Virus record (IMG/VR): IMGVR_UViG_2974638963_000001
Span: 1-64,000 of that record
Reading direction: 5' to 3' (one strand)
DNA: 64,000 nt
Source of the DNA: a virus
Lineage: Duplodnaviria > Caudoviricetes
The position numbers were made by a program, and so were the translations under genes. Shown here piece by piece: positions 56,976 to 64,000 of this stretch; position 1 is the stretch's first letter; each line of letters begins with the position of its first letter. Below the pieces are notes generated by a model. It did not search any database. It was not told where the DNA came from and worked only from the letters and a program-made list of their open reading frames with translations.

Positions 56976-59756
56976 GTGTTCACGATTTTAGAGGGACATG
57001 AGGGGTGGACAAGAGATCAAGCAACCGGTAACTGGGTTCCGTCTAACGAGGACTTCGTGTTTGCTAAAGAATTCTCTGAACAGTTTCCAATGGGTAAACC
57101 TCACTCACTTCCAACCAAGTTTAATGTTGTGAATGAATATGACCCAAAGACACTCCCTGAAATGATGGATTTATTAAAGTTAATTACAGCTAACCCTCAA
57201 TGGATGGTTATTCGTGCAAAACCGAAGGCAGCTCGACGTGCAATTTATAGACGTAAAGTGAATTTCGAAACTTCTAATAAATCTAATATAATCGCTATCG
57301 ACGTGGATGATTTTCCACTTCCTGACGATATATCTCCGTTTGATATTGCCGCCCAAGGACGTTACGTTCTAGGCATCCTTAATTCAATTAGCGAGGAGAT
57401 GTTCCCATTAGATGCAGGTTTTATTGCACATGCATCGTCTTCTGCTGGTATTAAGTCTGGTATTCGTCTGCATATGTTCTTTCAGACTAATATTCCAGTA
57501 ACTCAAGGACAATTGAAATTCACGTTCTCATCTATTAATGAATCTTCACGAGAAAAATATAATGGAGTTAACGTAATTGACTTGGCTTATTACTCAGCTG
57601 TTCAGGCACATTATTTTGCCGACCCAATTTTCAAAGCCCCATTTAAAGATCCTTTCAAACAGGAGAAAGTCGCACGTCTGAGATTTGTTTCCGGTGGAAC
57701 AATAAATATGCCAGACAATGTGCCAGACTTTGAGTCTACTAAGGGGGAGTTTAAAGAGGAATTTTACTCTTTGTTAGATCAAATTAAAGGAAAACGTTCA
57801 ACATCAGATAAGGTTGAGCGAATCATTGGAGAACTGGAAGATGCAGAAGATGGTGTTTATCTTCGTATAATTCCCAAGTTATATCACAATGCACTAGAAG
57901 AGGGTATAGATCTAGCATGGCTAGAAAAGGAAATTACTCCAGCATTGTCTCTATATGTAGCACATAAAGACAACAGAAGAACTATTCAGGAATACTTTAC
58001 CAACGGTCGTAAGCAGGCTTTGAAAGCTTTTGTAAACAACTCTAAACGAGAGATACCGTTAAACTTAAAAGGCGTTCCAATTAAGCAGTTAGAAACTAAC
58101 TCTGCTGAACAGGATAGATTCTTAAAGTTAGATAAATTACCACCCGAAGGATCAATGACATTTGTTAAGTCTAGCCTGGGAACTGGTAAAACAACAGCTA
58201 TTATTAAATGGCTAGATTCTGGTATGATTGATGGGGGATTCCTAGCAATCACAAACACTCGTGCCTTAGTTTCATCAAACGCAAAGAAATTCACGTCTGG
58301 TCAATATAACAAATCTATTGATATGTTAGACTTTAAGAGAGGTGGATTAACTAGAATGTCCTCAACGATTCACTCTATTCATAAATTCAAGGGTTTAGTT
58401 GATAAGGTTGACTTTGTATTTATAGATGAGGCAGATGCGGTAATGAATGATTTATTATTTGCACCTGTTGTTAAGAATCGCAGACAGTGTATCGAAACGT
58501 TACGTGACCTTTTATTAAATGCGAAACATGTAATTTTATCTGATGGTGATATCAGTGCAGAAACCGTAGAAGCCTATGGTAGTCTTATAGATTTTGATAA
58601 ACCAATTAATTTCTTTAATCATCATCGTCGAATGTTACAAGGTGCTCAAGCATATGAATTCTCAGATGCAGAGTCGGTCTGGGTCGCTTTTCAAACTTCA
58701 TTAGAAATGGGTGAGAAGTCAATCATAGTAACAGACTGTGGGCCTGCAGAATTAGGTGAACGTGGTATTGCTTTACGAGAAGCCACTGGTTGTATAGTTA
58801 AAGAGATCCATTCCAACTCAACCGAAGACCCTGACATTCGCAAAATACTAGACTATACTAATGAAGAACTTATCAATCAAAATGTTCACGGATTATTATG
58901 TAGTCCATCAGTAACTAATGGAGTTGACTGGAACTATTTTGATAACGTATTCTTATTGACTTTAACGCCTAATCAAGCCCCAAACATGCGATTCCAGGCA
59001 TTACGACGAGATCGTGGAGCACAGACTTTCTATTTCTATACAGATAAGTCAACAAGTGGTTTCGATGCAGGTTCTACTCAGTATAATGCTGAGGAAGGGT
59101 GGCTAGATGCTAGTCAACAATCTTATGCAAGACGTAGGGAAACTGAAAGTCGAAACTATGCCTCAACTTTAAGATATTATTTATTAGACCAAGGCGCTAC
59201 TATTGATATCTTTACAGAAAGTTGGGGTAAAATGGAATCGGCGGCGGATGTCTATAAAGAAGAAAGGGTTAACGCTATCTTATCATCTCTACCAGATTAT
59301 ACTCCTTTACGTCACAATGATGCTTATGATGCTAAACTATTACTGATGTCTTATTATCATATTGATAAACTATCAGAAGTAACCAGAGAACTAGCGGAGT
59401 CATTTGTAGAACAGAAGCCCAACGAGAGAGCAGAGTTCTTTCATAAGGTAGTAGATTTACTGTGGCCGGCAATAAAGAAATGTACTAGCGTTTCGGTAAC
59501 TCCACTAGCAGAGGCATTAAAGAAACATAAACGAGAGTTCTTCTTATTAACTGGTCAATCGGCTCAGGCTAAATATACTCGTAAATATCTAGGAATGATG
59601 GGAATTGGTAAAGATCTTGACCTTGAGAACATCAAAGACTGGTATAGAACCTATTGTAAAATAGAGGGTATACAGTTGCATCCCGATTTTATGACAGATA
59701 AAGAGCGTTCTCTATATGAAGAGGCTAGTATGGATTTGAGGTTCGATGATGAGTAA
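56976..59756 (+). CDS. obp: replication origin-binding protein / primase-helicase-like (SF2)
   Basis: DVDD and RLH N-terminal motifs, SSLGTGKT, IDEAD, QALRRDR; 926 aa; T5 synteny. Confidence 0.85.
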   Translation: MFTILEGHEGWTRDQATGNWVPSNEDFVFAKEFSEQFPMGKPHSLPTKFNVVNEYDPKTLPEMMDLLKLITANPQWMVIRAKPKAARRAIYRRKVNFETSNKSNIIAIDVDDFPLPDDISPFDIAAQGRYVLGILNSISEEMFPLDAGFIAHASSSAGIKSGIRLHMFFQTNIPVTQGQLKFTFSSINESSREKYNGVNVIDLAYYSAVQAHYFADPIFKAPFKDPFKQEKVARLRFVSGGTINMPDNVPDFESTKGEFKEEFYSLLDQIKGKRSTSDKVERIIGELEDAEDGVYLRIIPKLYHNALEEGIDLAWLEKEITPALSLYVAHKDNRRTIQEYFTNGRKQALKAFVNNSKREIPLNLKGVPIKQLETNSAEQDRFLKLDKLPPEGSMTFVKSSLGTGKTTAIIKWLDSGMIDGGFLAITNTRALVSSNAKKFTSGQYNKSIDMLDFKRGGLTRMSSTIHSIHKFKGLVDKVDFVFIDEADAVMNDLLFAPVVKNRRQCIETLRDLLLNAKHVILSDGDISAETVEAYGSLIDFDKPINFFNHHRRMLQGAQAYEFSDAESVWVAFQTSLEMGEKSIIVTDCGPAELGERGIALREATGCIVKEIHSNSTEDPDIRKILDYTNEELINQNVHGLLCSPSVTNGVDWNYFDNVFLLTLTPNQAPNMRFQALRRDRGAQTFYFYTDKSTSGFDAGSTQYNAEEGWLDASQQSYARRRETESRNYASTLRYYLLDQGATIDIFTESWGKMESAADVYKEERVNAILSSLPDYTPLRHNDAYDAKLLLMSYYHIDKLSEVTRELAESFVEQKPNERAEFFHKVVDLLWPAIKKCTSVSVTPLAEALKKHKREFFLLTGQSAQAKYTRKYLGMMGIGKDLDLENIKDWYRTYCKIEGIQLHPDFMTDKERSLYEEASMDLRFDDE

Positions 59757-59988
59757 GTGGGATTTACAGCCTAGATACAGGCAAAAACCTGCCAAAGCTA
59801 AACCTACCAAACCTCGGGGAGAGCTATGTAGAGTTCTCCCACCTCGTTTGGCAAGGACTCCAGGTATTTATGAGTTCTTGATGTCTAAGATAGATAGTGC
59901 TAGACTAGAAAGGTATCACCTCGTTATGGCGTATCGTCGTAAATGCTCCGAAATAGCTGACCTACTATTAAATGAAAAATTTGATTGA
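59746..59988 (+). CDS. hypothetical protein
   Basis: 80 aa overlapping obp stop. Confidence 0.6.
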   Translation: MMSKWDLQPRYRQKPAKAKPTKPRGELCRVLPPRLARTPGIYEFLMSKIDSARLERYHLVMAYRRKCSEIADLLLNEKFD

Positions 59989-60045
59989 TTAATAGCTAAA
60001 TTTGATTTATAATAGTTTCATAAATTTGGAAAAGAGGAATTAGAT

Positions 60046-60765
60046 ATGGCAGGCGGAAAACGCAGACGTGTAGCTGCCCATGACATTCCAGATGCTTTAT
60101 TTATAGAAGCAAAAGAATGGCTTGAAAAGGGTGGTACAAAGAAAGGTGCATGTGACATCTTAAGCAAAAGTGGAGTCAATGTAGGCTCTAATAAAAAGAT
60201 GGAAGAGCTAATCCAAGAATGGGAAGACCGTAAAGTTTACGATGCAGAAATGAGAAAGCGTAAACGTGGTACGAGCATAGAAGGAGTTGAAGCCGCTTCC
60301 ATTATTGAAGATTACTTTGCTGGTATTAGTATCGCAGATATTGCAGACCAAAATCATCGTTCTCAGATGAAGATTAAATCATTCCTAGAAGAGAATGGTG
60401 CTTTGTTACGTGCTACTGAACCAGAAGATCCTAATCGTCCTTGGGAACTTTTCCCACCATTGCTAGATGAAAGTACATTTAGTGATGAATATAAGATTGG
60501 GGATATTGTTTGGGTAGCTGGTCGTCAGTGTTTTGGCGAAGTAACCCATAAATTATCTGATGATGTATATCGTGTGTGGCTTTTAAGCGGCAAACAGATG
60601 TATATTCCAGTTGAAGTATGGAACTTAGCCAACGTAGAACGCTTCAGAGAGTTTGGTGTAGATCCTAAGCGATTTGGAGAACGTTGGGAACGTGATGATG
60701 TGATAGTGACCTTGAATGAGGCACTTAAGAAAGCTAAATTAAATGCGGCTAAGGATGCAAAATAA
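60046..60765 (+). CDS. D2-like DNA-binding protein
   Basis: GTKKGACDIL HTH-like segment; size and synteny. Confidence 0.65.
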   Translation: MAGGKRRRVAAHDIPDALFIEAKEWLEKGGTKKGACDILSKSGVNVGSNKKMEELIQEWEDRKVYDAEMRKRKRGTSIEGVEAASIIEDYFAGISIADIADQNHRSQMKIKSFLEENGALLRATEPEDPNRPWELFPPLLDESTFSDEYKIGDIVWVAGRQCFGEVTHKLSDDVYRVWLLSGKQMYIPVEVWNLANVERFREFGVDPKRFGERWERDDVIVTLNEALKKAKLNAAKDAK

Positions 60766-61019
60766 TGGTAAAAATGACTTTAGCAGAGATCTTTTCTAGG
60801 TCTCTATTGACCTCTCGTGTAGAATTTGCACGAAAAGAAGATAACTTGGAAGAAGGGCTTGAAAAGTTTTATGCTATTTCAAGTAATGATCCAGAAATGA
60901 AAAACGTTATAGAATTAAATACTATCAATACTGCAACAGGTGAAACCAAAGTAGAGCATAAATCTCTAGGGGAATTCATCCAACGGTATGGTATGCAGAG
61001 TCGTTGGTACTTGATCTAA
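60765..61019 (+). CDS. hypothetical protein
   Basis: 84 aa. Confidence 0.6.
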   Translation: MVKMTLAEIFSRSLLTSRVEFARKEDNLEEGLEKFYAISSNDPEMKNVIELNTINTATGETKVEHKSLGEFIQRYGMQSRWYLI

Positions 61020-61095
61020 AAATTCACTTGCTTAGTATTAGCAAAATTGTTATAATATTTATATAAATTAATCAACAACAAAAGGAAATAAATTT

Positions 61096-61494
61096 ATGTC
61101 AGAACTAGATAAAGTTGCACTTGCCGATCGTTACGTAGAAGTCATTTCTGCTTACCCAGAAGACGAGCGTCCATCAATTACAACTGAAGTTGTTAAGCAA
61201 GTAGCAGAAGAATTTGGTATCCCTGCCAACTCAGCACGTCTGCATATCAGTCGTGACCCACGTGGCGTTTATATTAAGAAAGATTCTGCCAAGAAATCAA
61301 CATCTGCTGATGGTGAAAAGAAAACTGGTGGAACTCGCACATCTAAAGCCGCAGCACAAGCTGAGCTAAAAGCAGCTCTGATGGATGCAGGTGCACCAGA
61401 AGATAAAGTTGCCGAAGGCGAAGAAATCATCGAGAAAATGACAGGTAAAGCTGCTCTGTTCTTAGCTGAATTAATTCGTTCAATCACTAAGTAA
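61096..61494 (+). CDS. D3-like DNA-binding protein
   Basis: GVYIKK, RTSKAAAQAEL, KMTGKAA; synteny. Confidence 0.7.
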   Translation: MSELDKVALADRYVEVISAYPEDERPSITTEVVKQVAEEFGIPANSARLHISRDPRGVYIKKDSAKKSTSADGEKKTGGTRTSKAAAQAELKAALMDAGAPEDKVAEGEEIIEKMTGKAALFLAELIRSITK

Positions 61495-61506
61495 TAAGGA
61501 GCTGTT

Positions 61507-61836
61507 ATGACTAAGCGTTTTAGTGCAAACTTAAGTACACCTGTTAAAAAGGTCGAAGTTATTGCAGCGTGTGACGAGTATGGTGAAGTGTTTATTCACT
61601 ATCGCAAACAATCACGTAAGCCTGGTGAACCTTGGTCAACACAACTCCAAGGCACTATGGATTTCTCAGATAAGTATCTAGCTAAACGTTTTGAACAAGA
61701 ACAACCAGCACCAGCAGGTGAAGGTGAAATCTTAGTGTTTAGCAGAACCAACGATCGCTTCCGCTATCTGCCAGTGGATACAATCTTTAAGATTGAGCAT
61801 CTTGGCACAGTAGTTAACAAGGCTCGTGTCCTCTAA
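61507..61836 (+). CDS. hypothetical protein
   Basis: 109 aa, AAGGAG RBS. Confidence 0.7.
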   Translation: MTKRFSANLSTPVKKVEVIAACDEYGEVFIHYRKQSRKPGEPWSTQLQGTMDFSDKYLAKRFEQEQPAPAGEGEILVFSRTNDRFRYLPVDTIFKIEHLGTVVNKARVL

Positions 61837-62170
61837 TATAGTTGAAGACGAAGGAATTGTTCGTCAGGAAAACGAAATGTATCCTGACGAATGCTCTGTT
61901 CCTTTGTGGGTTAAAAATGGGGAAGAAGTCCATTTCACAATCTCCGAATTTCGAGGCAACCTATATATGGGTATACGTCTATGGCTCCAAGATGCCACTG
62001 ACGAGAGTTGGTTCCCAACACGTGCTGGATTTTCTATCCCTTTTAACATCGACACATCTGCTAGATTATTCAAGGCACTTGCTCGAACACTGAGTAAGGC
62101 AGAAGTCCTTGATGAAGTCATACAGCATACACAAAACTGCGACACGCTTTCCGCGTTAAATAAATTATAA
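61826..62170 (+). CDS. PC4/p15-like ssDNA-binding protein
   Basis: ISEFRG..Y.GIR.W...W.PT..G.SIP. Confidence 0.8.
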   Translation: MSSNIVEDEGIVRQENEMYPDECSVPLWVKNGEEVHFTISEFRGNLYMGIRLWLQDATDESWFPTRAGFSIPFNIDTSARLFKALARTLSKAEVLDEVIQHTQNCDTLSALNKL

Positions 62171-62268
62171 CCGTGCTTTTCAGTGCGGTTTTTATTTACT
62201 TGCATTTTGCTTAAATTTTTGATATAATATTTATATTGAATAGGTAATATATCAAAGGGGATTAATAA

Positions 62269-63710
<1,442 letters not shown>

Positions 63711-63872
63711 TTGATTGGGGTGTTTCCACCTCGATTTTCAAACTCTACTTGACGTCGCGACAAATTATATGTATAATAGTTATACTGATTTGGGGATGAG
63801 GTGTCATGGCTGATAAGCCTGACGGAAATGAGTAAAAAATTCATTTGCCTAACATCGAAATAGTTGGTATAA

Positions 63873-64000
<128 letters not shown>

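Overview
Left ~64 kb of a T5-like (Demerecviridae-type) lytic phage genome, probably infecting a gammaproteobacterium. Layout: (1) pre-early/first-step-transfer region (~1-9.4 kb: dmp, A1, A2, small ORFs); (2) a ~1.7 kb non-coding injection-stop/terminal-repeat-end region; (3) minus-strand early genes (phosphatases, endolysin, holin, ClpP-like, dNMP kinase, spanins, GrcA-like); (4) a cluster of 26 tRNAs covering all 20 amino acids, interleaved with small ORFs, three aberrant tRNA-like RNAs and several large structured non-coding RNAs; (5) nucleotide-metabolism genes (rnh, thyA, DHFR, nrdB, nrdA, phoH, nrdD); (6) the start of the replication module (origin-binding helicase, D2/D3-like, PC4-like, split NAD ligase). 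Most notable: a ~200 bp run of back-to-back host transcription-factor operators (LexA, DnaA, Cra, FadR, Fur-like, nine in-phase MetJ boxes) at 9486-9691; pre-early genes wrapped in an rRNA-operon-like boxA plus long-range-stem architecture at 4.3-5.2 kb; and candidate ncRNAs of ~200-670 nt. All calls come from reading sequence and ORF translations by eye; no database searches or folding programs were run, and family names rest on remembered motifs and T5 synteny.
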